Virus record (IMG/VR): IMGVR_UViG_3300050496_000069
Length of the DNA stretch: 64,000 nucleotides
Reading direction: 5' to 3' (one strand)
From: a virus
This document shows, one piece after another, positions 28,053-37,442 of the stretch. The notes below the pieces were generated by a model. That model ran no database searches. It saw nothing but the letters and a program-made list of their open reading frames with translations, and was not told the DNA's origin. The translations under genes and the position numbers were made by a program. The number at the start of each line of letters is the position of its first letter. Position 1 is the first letter of the stretch.

Positions 28053-29171
28053 TTATTGAATGAGGGGTGTTTTTGCTTCGGCCAAAAGCCGTTCAATGGC
28101 TGCCAAAGCAGCAGCATCCGTCTCGACGTCAGGAGCCCCCTGACCATCCTTGAGGTAGAGCCGAGCGGCCCGCTCTGCCTCAGAGCCCGACAACCCCATC
28201 AGTCCCCTGATGCCGTTTTCGAACTCGCGTTTTGTGATTTGCTCGCCGGCGGACATCTTCGCAACCAGCGTCTGTGCGGCCTCAGCCTTCGCGGCGTTCG
28301 CGGCCTTGATGCGCTTTACCGGCGCAGGTTCCGCGTCCGCGCCGTAGCGGGCCAAGGTCTCGTCAAGCGTGGCAATTCGGTCGACCATGCCGCGGTCCAT
28401 GAGCGCTTCTGCGTAAAACACGCGCCCCTGACCGTAGCCGTCCTCAACCTTACTGACCGTCACACCGCGCCCTTCGGCGACAGCTGCGACAAAGCGATTG
28501 TAAGAGCGGTTCACGCCATCCTGGACGTGGGCCAAGGTATCCTTGCCAAGCGCCTCGGTTTCGTTGCCCTCGACCTTGTGCTTGCCGGCTGAAATGTATG
28601 TGCGCTTTATGCCTCGCTGCTCAAGAGCGGCGGATAGGTCATCATGGGCGGTGTAAACGCCGATCGAACCCGCGCGCCCGGAAGGCGTGACGACAATTTC
28701 GTCGGTCGACGCCGCGATCCAGTAAGCCGCGCTCGCTGCCAAGCTGTTGACCTGAGCAATGATCGGCTTCTCGCCGCCGCGTAGCTTGCGGATCTCCGTT
28801 GCGAGCTCATCGGTGCCAGGTACCGTGCCGCCTGGGCTGTCGATGTCGAGAACGACGGCCTTGATGTCCGCGTTCGAAAGCGCCTTGTGCAGCGTTTTCT
28901 TGATGCCAGCATAGGAAGTGCCCCCGCTCATCGCGGAAAAAACATCCATTTTGTCGGCCAAGACCCCGTAAACCGGGATTACTGCCACGCTGCCGGACGT
29001 TTCTGCAATTTCCTTGGCGCGCGCATCGTCGATCGATGCGGCGAACTCGGACGAAAACAGCTTCTCACCTTCGGCCCGCGCCACCAAAACATCAGCCAAA
29101 ACGCCCAGTTTTTCGCGCTGAATAGCCCAAGGCTCGGCCAAAAAGGCCGAAATCAGGTGTTCAAACTTCAT
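28053..29171 (-). CDS. Prohead protease, S49/ClpP-like
   Basis: LDIDSPGG, AASAAYWIA and GSIGV motifs. Confidence 0.9.
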   Translation of the reverse strand: MKFEHLISAFLAEPWAIQREKLGVLADVLVARAEGEKLFSSEFAASIDDARAKEIAETSGSVAVIPVYGVLADKMDVFSAMSGGTSYAGIKKTLHKALSNADIKAVVLDIDSPGGTVPGTDELATEIRKLRGGEKPIIAQVNSLAASAAYWIAASTDEIVVTPSGRAGSIGVYTAHDDLSAALEQRGIKRTYISAGKHKVEGNETEALGKDTLAHVQDGVNRSYNRFVAAVAEGRGVTVSKVEDGYGQGRVFYAEALMDRGMVDRIATLDETLARYGADAEPAPVKRIKAANAAKAEAAQTLVAKMSAGEQITKREFENGIRGLMGLSGSEAERAARLYLKDGQGAPDVETDAAALAAIERLLAEAKTPLIQ

Positions 29172-29180
29172 GATTTTCCC

Positions 29181-30410
29181 TTATGCAGCGCGCGCTGCTG
29201 GCGTTGGCGCCGGAGTTTCGGTCTTGCCCAGCGTATCGAGGCGCGTCATCGTGCCGTTCACGATGGCCTTGTTGCCGCCGTCTACTGGCGCCTTGTCTTC
29301 GTACGAGCGAGCCTCATCGACGAGGTAAATGCCGTTCGTGACCATCTTCGACAGGAATTCCGCCCGCGCCGTGCTGTCGCCGCGCAAGAGTTCTTCCATG
29401 TTGAATTTCACCTTCGTAGTCTTCCTGGTCTTTGCGTCCAGCAAGTCACGATAGATTGCCGCTTCGATGCGCTTGAGCATCGGCCGCATGCAGGTCTTGG
29501 TGAATTGGAGGATCAGCTGCTCGATGCCGCTGCCCCAGGTCGTGGTGCCGTTTGCCGCGTGACCAATCATCACGGGAGGAACGCCGAAAATGCGGCAGAT
29601 CTGCTCAACGCTGTACTGCCGGGCCTCAAGGAACTGAGCATCTTTAGGGTTGATCGACATCGGATACGGCTTGAAGCCAGCCTCCAATACCGTCACCCCA
29701 CCAGCCTTCTCCGCACCGGCGAATTGCGTCAGCGTGTCGGATATCTGCTTGCGCTGATCTGCTTTGAGAATTTGGTCAGAGCTGACAATGAGCGAAGAAA
29801 GCAGGCCGTTCTTGAACATGCGGCCGGCGACCTTCTCGCCCGCCAATGCACTCCCGACCGTATTGCGCACCACACCGATCGGCGACATGCCGCGATCACA
29901 GCCAGGCAAACGGACGCCGCGGACGTGAAACATCTTGCCTTCTGGCACTCGGCGCTTTTTGCCGTCTTCCGTCACCTCGTAGTAGCGCGTGTTCCGCCCA
30001 TCTTTGGAGCGACACACGTCCACGTTCAAAGGGTGAAGCGGATTAAGTGCAACGAGGCGCTCGCCGTTCATCTTCTTTTCGGCGAAGAAATTGCCGTCGA
30101 GCAGCAGGCACATCGCCGCCATCGACCAGAACTCTGGCGCAGTGTCGTCCATGTTCGGCATGTCGTGCAGAAGCTCGTATAGCGGAGCGTTCTTATCGAC
30201 CGTGACGCCGTCCTCGCCGTAAACGATGCAAGGAAGCGTTCCGGCCGCGTTTTGCACTAAGTTGACGCATGCCCAAACCGCATCAAGCGAAAGGGCGCTC
30301 TCAATCGTGACTGTCTCCCCGGACGTGGTGCCGAGGCCGAAGAAGCCTCGCCAGAACTCGCCGTCGGTGAGCTTGATAGGCCTTCCGACCCATCTCTCAA
30401 AAAAGCCCAT
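29181..30410 (-). CDS. HK97-type portal protein
   Basis: AVWACVNLV, LLDGNFF, GMSPI and ICRIFGVPP motifs. Confidence 0.95.
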   Translation of the reverse strand: MGFFERWVGRPIKLTDGEFWRGFFGLGTTSGETVTIESALSLDAVWACVNLVQNAAGTLPCIVYGEDGVTVDKNAPLYELLHDMPNMDDTAPEFWSMAAMCLLLDGNFFAEKKMNGERLVALNPLHPLNVDVCRSKDGRNTRYYEVTEDGKKRRVPEGKMFHVRGVRLPGCDRGMSPIGVVRNTVGSALAGEKVAGRMFKNGLLSSLIVSSDQILKADQRKQISDTLTQFAGAEKAGGVTVLEAGFKPYPMSINPKDAQFLEARQYSVEQICRIFGVPPVMIGHAANGTTTWGSGIEQLILQFTKTCMRPMLKRIEAAIYRDLLDAKTRKTTKVKFNMEELLRGDSTARAEFLSKMVTNGIYLVDEARSYEDKAPVDGGNKAIVNGTMTRLDTLGKTETPAPTPAARAA

Positions 30411-30434
30411 CAGGCCTCACCACTAGGTTGCCCG

Positions 30435-32099
30435 TCACCAGGTGACAGAAATGATATTGTTGACGAAGTCGTCCAAGTCACCGCTGTCGCCGCCCTCGTA
30501 GGTGCCAGCCATCGCCGTTGCCATTGCCAAGGCGACCGCGCCGTCGATGCGGCGTTCGCGGTTGTGTTTGACGAGCTTTCGATTGCCGGCAGGATCCGCT
30601 TTGACGGTGGCATTCATCATGCACATCGTCAGCACTGGATGGTCGCCGTGGGCCAGATTGCCATTCAGGATGATGCTTTCTAGCTCGCGGAGAGCTGGCG
30701 ACATCGACTGAAACCCTTGCCCAAAAGGCTGGAAAACAGCGTCATCGCCTTCGAGCTGATCATCAGTAAAGCCAGCCTTTTGCAGCCATGGCTTCAGATG
30801 TCGGAAGTTCCATCGGTCGAACGCGATCTTGCGGATATCCATCTCTTCGAAGCGGTCTCGCAGGTAATGCGCGACAAACTCGTAGTCGACAGTTCTGCCT
30901 GGGGCGGCTTCGAGATGCCCATCTTTATGCCACACATCGTACGGCACGCGGTCGGCTTTTGCCTTCGCGCGTATCCCGTCGCCGGGCAGCCAGAACGTCG
31001 GCTTTACGTGCCAGGTGGTCTTTCCGTCCTGCTCTTTCGGCGCCATGAGCACCAGAGCAGTCAAGTCGCTCACCTCAGAAAGGTCGAGCCCACCAAACAC
31101 AGGGAGACCATCAAAGTCCACAACTCGAGCGTTACACGCTCGCCAAATAGCCGGAGACACAAACGGTGCATTGGCATCGATCCTTTGGTTGAGATGGAGC
31201 CAACGGAAGCTGGCCTCCTCAGTCGGCATACGTGCCGCGCGCTCAGCGTCGTCGCGAACCGATGAAACGGACTTGAACTTGCCAAGCGCAGGGTTCGCGG
31301 CCTGCCACGCTTCCTCGTCGAGGACGTCGCAATCAGCCGGAGCCGTGTAAAGGTGCGAAACCGTTCGTGGTGCTTTTGATGTCTCGGCATCGTCCAGCCA
31401 TCGCGAAAAGAGGTCGCCGTCAGTCGCTGCCTGCGTCGAGATAGCGAAGATCATCGCCTTATCGCCGTAAGCGCCTTGCGACGTCACGATCGCTTCGACG
31501 AAGTCGTCGTGCGGGCCTTTGATCTGGCCGACCTCGTCGAGGATGGCGACCAGTGGCGACCCACCGTGCGCGCTCTTGGCTTCCGCCGAGCTGGCTTGAT
31601 ATTCAACTGCTTTGCTCAAGCCAACGATGGTTTTACTGGACGGCACAAGCCTGTATTTTTTGTTGAGCTCAGGAGACAGCAGAAGCATCTTGCTGGCGTA
31701 ATTGTAGACCTCTGCCGCTTGTTTGCGCGACCGAGCACCTGACATCATACGACTGTTTGGAAACGCCTCCGGGCCCACGATATGAGCTAACAGAAGACAT
31801 GCTATTGTTGCCGTCTTTGAATTCTTACGTGCAATCGACAGGTAAGCCCTGCCCGTTCCGTGGGGGTTGTCGTAGACCGCCAGGATGAAGCACTCTTGAA
31901 AGTCAAGAAGCCTGATAGGTTGGCCGACGAGATCCCCCTCCGGGACAACCAAAAAGCCCTCGATAAATCGGCATACCTTTTCGCCTCTCGTAAGCTCGCT
32001 GACCGGAAGTCTGCGCCAGTCCCGCCTTAGTGGGGTGGGACCGCTCTTAATCGCCTCCAAAACACTTGGCGGCCAACTCAGATTTTGGCCGTTCATCAT
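30435..32099 (-). CDS. terL: Terminase large subunit
   Basis: IARKNSKT Walker A, ILDE Walker B, GGLDLSEVSDLT and RIDGAVAL nuclease motifs. Confidence 0.95.
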   Translation of the reverse strand: MMNGQNLSWPPSVLEAIKSGPTPLRRDWRRLPVSELTRGEKVCRFIEGFLVVPEGDLVGQPIRLLDFQECFILAVYDNPHGTGRAYLSIARKNSKTATIACLLLAHIVGPEAFPNSRMMSGARSRKQAAEVYNYASKMLLLSPELNKKYRLVPSSKTIVGLSKAVEYQASSAEAKSAHGGSPLVAILDEVGQIKGPHDDFVEAIVTSQGAYGDKAMIFAISTQAATDGDLFSRWLDDAETSKAPRTVSHLYTAPADCDVLDEEAWQAANPALGKFKSVSSVRDDAERAARMPTEEASFRWLHLNQRIDANAPFVSPAIWRACNARVVDFDGLPVFGGLDLSEVSDLTALVLMAPKEQDGKTTWHVKPTFWLPGDGIRAKAKADRVPYDVWHKDGHLEAAPGRTVDYEFVAHYLRDRFEEMDIRKIAFDRWNFRHLKPWLQKAGFTDDQLEGDDAVFQPFGQGFQSMSPALRELESIILNGNLAHGDHPVLTMCMMNATVKADPAGNRKLVKHNRERRIDGAVALAMATAMAGTYEGGDSGDLDDFVNNIISVTW

Positions 32100-32125
32100 C
32101 CGCCCTCAAAGGGCAAGCGCGCCAT

Positions 32126-32749
32126 TCAAAGGAGGCTTGTCCTGCTGTTCTTCTTTTTGTTGTTTTCGTCGGCCCACATTGGGCGTAGGTTCGAAAGCTG
32201 GTTGAGCGCTACGACGTCCTCCAAGTTTCGGGCCGAACTTGCAGGAACGATGTGATCAACCTGCCATGCACTCATGTTGTGCCATCCCATACCCGAGTGA
32301 AATTGGCGCTCGACATGACGAACAAAGTCATCGACGGTATAACCGAGTTGTTCGAACGTCTTGGAAGTCTTGATCGCCCCAACCCTGGCGAGGGCGTGCC
32401 GGTGCAACCTGCTTAAGCGGGCCTGCATTGCAGATCTGGGATCGGACTTTCGTCGCTGCCGCTGTCTGGTTCTGTTCTCCAGCACCCTTGCGAACCGCTC
32501 ATCATCCGGAAGAGATCGTGAACGCAGTATCTCAGCAGCAACCTCCTTTTGCAGGCACCCACAGGACTTGGTCAGATGTGGAGAAGAGGTGGTAGTGGTG
32601 TTTCCACAGTCGCAAACAGCTTCCCATATTTTGTGCCTATGAACAGTTTCGCCTACACATTTGGTGAACGTCAAGCGGCCGTTTTTCGTCCCGGATCGGT
32701 CTTTGAAGCGAGTGCCATTGCCAGTTTTGCTATCCACACCTTTCGGCAA
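32126..32749 (-). CDS. Free-standing HNH homing endonuclease between terS and terL
   Basis: CDCG..SCGC N-terminus; WQVDHIVP..NLRPMWADEN HNH core. Confidence 0.75.
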   Translation of the reverse strand: MPKGVDSKTGNGTRFKDRSGTKNGRLTFTKCVGETVHRHKIWEAVCDCGNTTTTSSPHLTKSCGCLQKEVAAEILRSRSLPDDERFARVLENRTRQRQRRKSDPRSAMQARLSRLHRHALARVGAIKTSKTFEQLGYTVDDFVRHVERQFHSGMGWHNMSAWQVDHIVPASSARNLEDVVALNQLSNLRPMWADENNKKKNSRTSLL

Positions 32750-32758
32750 ACGAAACTC

Positions 32759-33214
32759 CTACGCAAGCAAATCGCTATCTGATCTGACGCCTGCCTCGAT
32801 CTCCTTGGCTTGGTCTCGCCGCTTAGCCGCGTCCCTCGCCTCGCCTTGTACGGCGCGCGCATGCAGCGCCAGTGATCGGCGAAACGAAAGGATGGAAGAA
32901 GCGTGCATCTGGACGACGGATTTCCGTGGGTTGGCTACGGGCGTCCCTTTTTCCGTAACGGCGACCGAGCCCTCAGTACGGAGCAGGTCCTGCTCCCTCA
33001 CGAGGTCGGCCATAGTGCGGGCGAGCATTGCGGCAATCTCAAGCTGGTGCGCCGACCAGTCGGCGCGCGCGTATTCGGCAATGACATTCTTGAAAAATGG
33101 GACGTCGCCGTCGTCGAGCGGCACGTTTTCAGGAAACTGGATCTCCTCAGAAGCCACAGAGGCAATCCTCACGGCTTCATCAACGCTGTCGACGCGGCTT
33201 TTCTTATCAGACAT
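32759..33214 (-). CDS. terS: Terminase small subunit (P27-like)
   Basis: TEKGTPVANPRK..FRRSLAL motif; start MSDKK. Confidence 0.8.
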   Translation of the reverse strand: MSDKKSRVDSVDEAVRIASVASEEIQFPENVPLDDGDVPFFKNVIAEYARADWSAHQLEIAAMLARTMADLVREQDLLRTEGSVAVTEKGTPVANPRKSVVQMHASSILSFRRSLALHARAVQGEARDAAKRRDQAKEIEAGVRSDSDLLA

Positions 33215-33441
33215 GCGGAATCCCCTCGCGCACGCGCGCTTGCGCACGCGCTAGGCAAAAATCTGTGTTTGCATTTGAATTGCGTTACCCCGGCGGTCCT
33301 TGGCCGGGTCGACCGTCGACTTTTCGACCACCCCCCCGGTCGGGCAAAACCATCCATTATGTCACGGATCGAGAAAATTGTCAAGCATAAAATGTGATTT
33401 TATTAAATAAAATCAACAATTTTTCGACATTTCTTCAACCA

Positions 33442-33759
33442 TCACATCATCTCGATAGGATATCCATCAACGCCAATGACCACCGCCTGCTGGCCTCGCT
33501 CGAGGCGAGCCTTCAGCTTGTCGTGGCATGGAGCGCAAAGTGATTGCAGGTTGCTCGGGTCGTAGAACAAAGCCTCGTCGCCCTTGTGCGGCTTGACGTG
33601 GTCACACACTCTGGCCTCCGTCACATCCTCGACAGCTAGGCAGAACCGACATAGCGGCTCGGCAGCAAGCTGCGCCTCACGTAAGCGCTGCCATCGTGCA
33701 GTCTTATACATACGGCGGTAGAGAGCAGCTTCGGTTGAACGGCCGTAGAGTTTGGTCAT
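33442..33759 (-). CDS. Packaging-associated HNH endonuclease (HK97 gp74-like)
   Basis: RWQRLR..PLCRFC..CDHVKPHKGD..NLQSLCAPCH; upstream of terS. Confidence 0.9.
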   Translation of the reverse strand: MTKLYGRSTEAALYRRMYKTARWQRLREAQLAAEPLCRFCLAVEDVTEARVCDHVKPHKGDEALFYDPSNLQSLCAPCHDKLKARLERGQQAVVIGVDGYPIEMM

Positions 33760-33822
33760 TGCGCCACACCCTTATGACGTGCATTCTGACTAAGCGCGCA
33801 AGGATAAATTGGGAGTGTCAAG

Positions 33823-34845
33823 TTGGCAGAAGATCATCTGGATAAAGAAATAAGCGTCGGAGCCTCACTCACCGAAAGTGGTGTAGAGGCTAAGGCGAAC
33901 TCAAGAACGTTGGCCGCGCTTGATCGATTAGGGGGAAACCTTGTCGAATTCGGGAACGTGTATCTCGAAAAAGGACTTTCCAGGAAAAGAGCCACTATTG
34001 AAGGCGAGAAGCAAATTATCGCGGCGGTGGCGGCAAAGGCGGTTGAGGTCATCGGAAGCGATAACGCCTTTGCCGCGAGAGCGATTGCGGCCCACTTCGG
34101 GGAAGCGGCGCGAAAACAACTTAATAAAGACGGTGTGCTAGAAAAAGCCCTTGAAGACTTGCGGCACGCACCCCCTAGTCCTGAAGATGCAGGCACGGGT
34201 CCGGACACATTGGCTGATGAGTTCGTAACTCGAATAGAGCATTACTCATCTGAGGCAACCACTGAAGAACTGCGCGAACGATGGGGACGCGTTCTAGCTG
34301 CTGAAATTAGACGGCCTGGCACATTCTCAAGGGGCGTTCTCCGCGCCATAGACGAATTAGACGCCGATGCAGCTAGAATTTTCGAACAGGTCTGTCAGAA
34401 TCGCATCAGAAGAAGTCTCCCTAAAACTTTGACCGGAGAACTAAGTTTCAACACCGTTGCAAAGCTTGTGGAAGCGGGTTTATTGCTTGACCCTGGCACC
34501 GGGCATACTCTTAGTTTCTCCGAAAAATCGGACTCTGAAGGCAAAAAAGTTTGGTTTCTTAACCTCGGAAATTTTGGTGTTTCCTTCGACGCAGACAAAA
34601 GTCTAGTACTTATCGGTAGCGATCCTATCGGTGTGGACGGCAACGTTCCATATATCAAGGTCTATGTCCTCACTGAGGTGGGACACGCTGTAAGCTCGAT
34701 TTTACCTGACCATTCTGATGCCGCAGCAAAAAGGCTCATTGCATCGATTGTAAAGTTTTACCCCGACGTCTCCGTTTACTTTCAAAATAAGGCCACGAAC
34801 ACATATCGATATCTTGACCCATCATCGTTCGTGGATGCCCAATAG
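33823..34845 (+). CDS. DUF2806-like protein (moron)
   Basis: SSEATTEELRERWGRVLAAEIRRPGTFS motif; antisense to the late operon; AT-richer. Confidence 0.7.
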   Translation: MAEDHLDKEISVGASLTESGVEAKANSRTLAALDRLGGNLVEFGNVYLEKGLSRKRATIEGEKQIIAAVAAKAVEVIGSDNAFAARAIAAHFGEAARKQLNKDGVLEKALEDLRHAPPSPEDAGTGPDTLADEFVTRIEHYSSEATTEELRERWGRVLAAEIRRPGTFSRGVLRAIDELDADAARIFEQVCQNRIRRSLPKTLTGELSFNTVAKLVEAGLLLDPGTGHTLSFSEKSDSEGKKVWFLNLGNFGVSFDADKSLVLIGSDPIGVDGNVPYIKVYVLTEVGHAVSSILPDHSDAAAKRLIASIVKFYPDVSVYFQNKATNTYRYLDPSSFVDAQ

Positions 34846-35182
34846 GCATTATGCGCAGAAGCCCAACATATTTTTGGTAATCACGCCGCAATACTTTGCG
34901 CGAGAAGGCCTTTTCAATCCTTGCGAGGGCGGATAGTGCCCCCCCGATTTTTCAGGAGATCAGCGAATGCAAAGCCGACATCTAGACAACCTCGCTCTTC
35001 TTTCGGGAGCGCAACGATAGAGAGGTTTGCAAACGCCTAGCAGTACCGAGACGAGTGTACCATAACCACGCCATCTGACTTTTGCGCCCATCCTCTAAGG
35101 AGAATAACAAAAGCGGCCCGCTCAACCACTTAAGGGAACGGGCCGCATGAACCCACGCTGCGGAGGAGAACGCGCATGGGAT

Positions 35183-35259
35183 TGGTTGCGGAGGTGAGAT
35201 TTGAACTCACGGCCTCCAGCTTATGAGGCTGGCGAGCTACCGGGCTGCTCTACTCCACG
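35183..35259 (-). tRNA. Phage tRNA-Met (CAT), initiator-like
   Basis: C1:A72 mismatch, GAGC-AGCCCGGTA-GCTC D arm, CCAGC-CTCATAA-GCTGG anticodon arm, GTGAG-TTCAAAT-CTCAC T arm, encoded CCA; 77 nt. Confidence 0.9.
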
Positions 35260-35403
35260 TGATAGTTACCCAAAGCTCAGAGGCTGCAACGAGTGCAGCA
35301 TGGCGATGGGTCCGACGCTTAGAGCGCTCGGAGTGTGGTGGGGTTCGCAACTACGTTGCGCCACCCCTTCACATTACTCTCTCCGAGATCGCGGAAAGGG
35401 ACG

Positions 35404-36309
35404 TTATGACGCCGCCTTTCGTAGTGCAGCCATCAATTTGTCGTTCGCGGCCATCAGTCGACGTTTTCCTTGTCGTTCGGCCTGCTTGCCTGAGTATCCG
35501 GCCTTGGTCCCGAGATCGGACATGTTCCTCGCTGACCGCGCGGCTTCAAGCGTCGCTCTGTCTTCGTCTTTCAACTCATCAACCGCATCGAACCACTCCT
35601 TGCGATCCGCCATTGCGGCTACGATATCCTGCCACATCATCGAGCCGCCGCCGGCGCATGTGGTCTTTTGCATTCCTAGAAAGCTATCTGCGATCTTGGC
35701 GGAGCCACACGGCAGTCCATCAGGGCAGCGGGTGAATGTAACCTTGCTCATGTCGGTGTTGGCATAAGCCCTGGCCAACTGCGCCTTGGCTTCGTCGTGG
35801 CTTAGATTGATGCGAATACCCTTGTGCCTGCGCCCCGTGACGTATCTGGGCTTCTTGGTGTCCAGCATCTCGGCGAAGTAGTTGTTGCTCTCTATCACCT
35901 CACGTGGGTTTTCGTCACCGCCAAGCGCAACGTCAACCTTGTCCCGTGAACCAAGCATCGCACCTGCTGGCATCCTTGCCGCATATTCCTCAACGCCTCC
36001 GTCGATCTTAAGCCTGAACGCTCTTTCGGTCTGGCTCCCGTCACTGAACCGCAGCTTTCCGATCCGGACAACCTGCCCTGCTGGGTTCCGCTCGACGTCA
36101 CCCGTAGCAACGTTCTTCATGATCTCGGCGACAGATGGCGTTACCAGCCTTTTGCGATCGTGCTTTAGGTCTTCGATTTCGTCGGGGTTGTTGTCGTTTG
36201 CTGGGACGACAGACCAGTTAGTTTGTAGCGGCTCCGGCTGATGATCTGGTTCGGCGGCGAAGCGGCGGACCGCTGCCAGCTGCTCTGCAAGTGATCCATG
36301 TCTAGCCAT
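35404..36309 (-). CDS. Phage protein, candidate late-transcription regulator
   Basis: 301 aa just upstream of the tRNA and packaging genes; C-terminal helical HTH-like segment; function inferred from position. Confidence 0.55.
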   Translation of the reverse strand: MARHGSLAEQLAAVRRFAAEPDHQPEPLQTNWSVVPANDNNPDEIEDLKHDRKRLVTPSVAEIMKNVATGDVERNPAGQVVRIGKLRFSDGSQTERAFRLKIDGGVEEYAARMPAGAMLGSRDKVDVALGGDENPREVIESNNYFAEMLDTKKPRYVTGRRHKGIRINLSHDEAKAQLARAYANTDMSKVTFTRCPDGLPCGSAKIADSFLGMQKTTCAGGGSMMWQDIVAAMADRKEWFDAVDELKDEDRATLEAARSARNMSDLGTKAGYSGKQAERQGKRRLMAANDKLMAALRKAAS

Positions 36310-36348
36310 TCTCGTCTCCCCTGTGGTGAAGGCGCTTGGTGGGCGCCG

Positions 36349-36825
36349 TTACTGCTGCCTGGTGTTGTCGTTATCGGCCAGCCAGCTTTTGACGAGCGAC
36401 ACGGCCTTGCTTGCCGCTTCCCCTGTGGACGTGAACCGCACCACCTCGACCGGATGCCCCAGTCTGACGAGCGATGCGTGGCGCTCGACCTGCGCAGGAG
36501 ATAGCCGGCCTTTACCAACCTTGTTCTCGATCATCCGCAGCTTGCCGCCCTTGAGGTAAATCCGTAGATCGGCTTCGCCTGGCGTCAACCCGGTGGCTAT
36601 AGCATCAGCTTGGGCACGTGGTCCGCGCTTGGCTGAATTCATGTCACCCGCGAGCAGGAACTGCCGTCCATACTCTGGCAAGGCGCGCAGCGCGCGCACC
36701 TGAGCCGCCTGCCCTTCGCTTTCCTTGATGGGTGCGTCAGCGACACTCACCTTGCCCTTGGCGCTCGTGCGGATGACCACGCGCTTCCCGTTGACGCGGG
36801 TGGTTTGGGTGGTGGCTTTTCCCAT
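36349..36825 (-). CDS. VRR-NUC domain nuclease
   Basis: GLTPGEADL..IENKVGKGRLSPAQVERH motif. Confidence 0.8.
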   Translation of the reverse strand: MGKATTQTTRVNGKRVVIRTSAKGKVSVADAPIKESEGQAAQVRALRALPEYGRQFLLAGDMNSAKRGPRAQADAIATGLTPGEADLRIYLKGGKLRMIENKVGKGRLSPAQVERHASLVRLGHPVEVVRFTSTGEAASKAVSLVKSWLADNDNTRQQ

Positions 36826-36932
36826 GGCTGTCTCCTCGTGTGGTGGCTCGCCAGTGGCGGTGGCGACACACATACTTTCCGAGAGAGGAGCGAAAACGGG
36901 TAGTCGATTTGTGAAATATTTTTTGCGCAAAC

Positions 36933-36963
36933 AAAAAGACCGGCTGAACGCCGGCCTTTTTTT
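36933..36963. terminator. Bidirectional terminator
   Basis: AAAAAGACCGGC-TGAAC-GCCGGCCTTTTTT. Confidence 0.7.
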
Positions 36964-37123
36964 AGTGCTCGTCACCGCGATGCGGACATCGCTTCATCAG
37001 CTTCTTGATCGTCCGTCGATCTCCGCCGAACCGATCCATGACCTCAACGGCCTTTGGCAGGCTGACCGAATATTCCTGTTGCAGTTGCTCGACGGTGTAT
37101 GGCTGCGTTTCGTTGTCTGGCAT
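36962..37123 (-). CDS. Small hypothetical protein with EcfG-type promoter
   Basis: MPDNETQPY..; RBS GAAGGAGG; GGAAC-N17-CATT upstream. Confidence 0.6.
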   Translation of the reverse strand: MPDNETQPYTVEQLQQEYSVSLPKAVEVMDRFGGDRRTIKKLMKRCPHRGDEH

Positions 37124-37145
37124 GGCGCCCTCCTTCAGACCCGCA

Positions 37146-37171
37146 AATGCGACCACCCCGATTCGAGTTCC
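37146..37171 (-). promoter_or_regulatory. EcfG/RpoE2-type promoter candidate
   Basis: Minus strand GGAAC (37171-37167), N17, CATT (37149-37146). Confidence 0.5.
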
Positions 37172-37186
37172 AGTCAAAATGCAGGT

Positions 37187-37374
37187 TGCACCCGGACCGC
37201 CCTTCTGCCCGCTGCACGTTGCCCAGATAAATCATCATCAGAACCGTGCGCGCGGCACACCGCCCTGCACGGTTGCACGTGTAGGGGTATATATAAATAT
37301 ATACCCTACTAAACGTGCACCAACCGGGCAGCGCTGTGCGGGTGTCTCCGCCCGTATGTGCACAGTTAGTGCAC
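37187..37374. repeat. TGCAC repeat cluster with central AT-rich palindrome; candidate replication origin
   Basis: Seven TGCAC copies; GTAGGGGTATATAT-AA-ATATATACCCTAC inverted repeat at 37281-37309. Confidence 0.5.
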
Positions 37375-37442
37375 GGATAGAAAAGTAGCTATCCGGGCAA
37401 ACTTTTAGTTGTAATCATGTTGGGTAATAGGTTGCATTAACA

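Noticed and set aside
27684-30182. Long plus-strand ORFs (27684-28592, 28887-30182) and similar ones (2687-3562, 3460-4164, 14355-15056)
   Set aside because: Antisense shadows of well-supported minus-strand genes, expected from GC-rich codon bias; no motifs.
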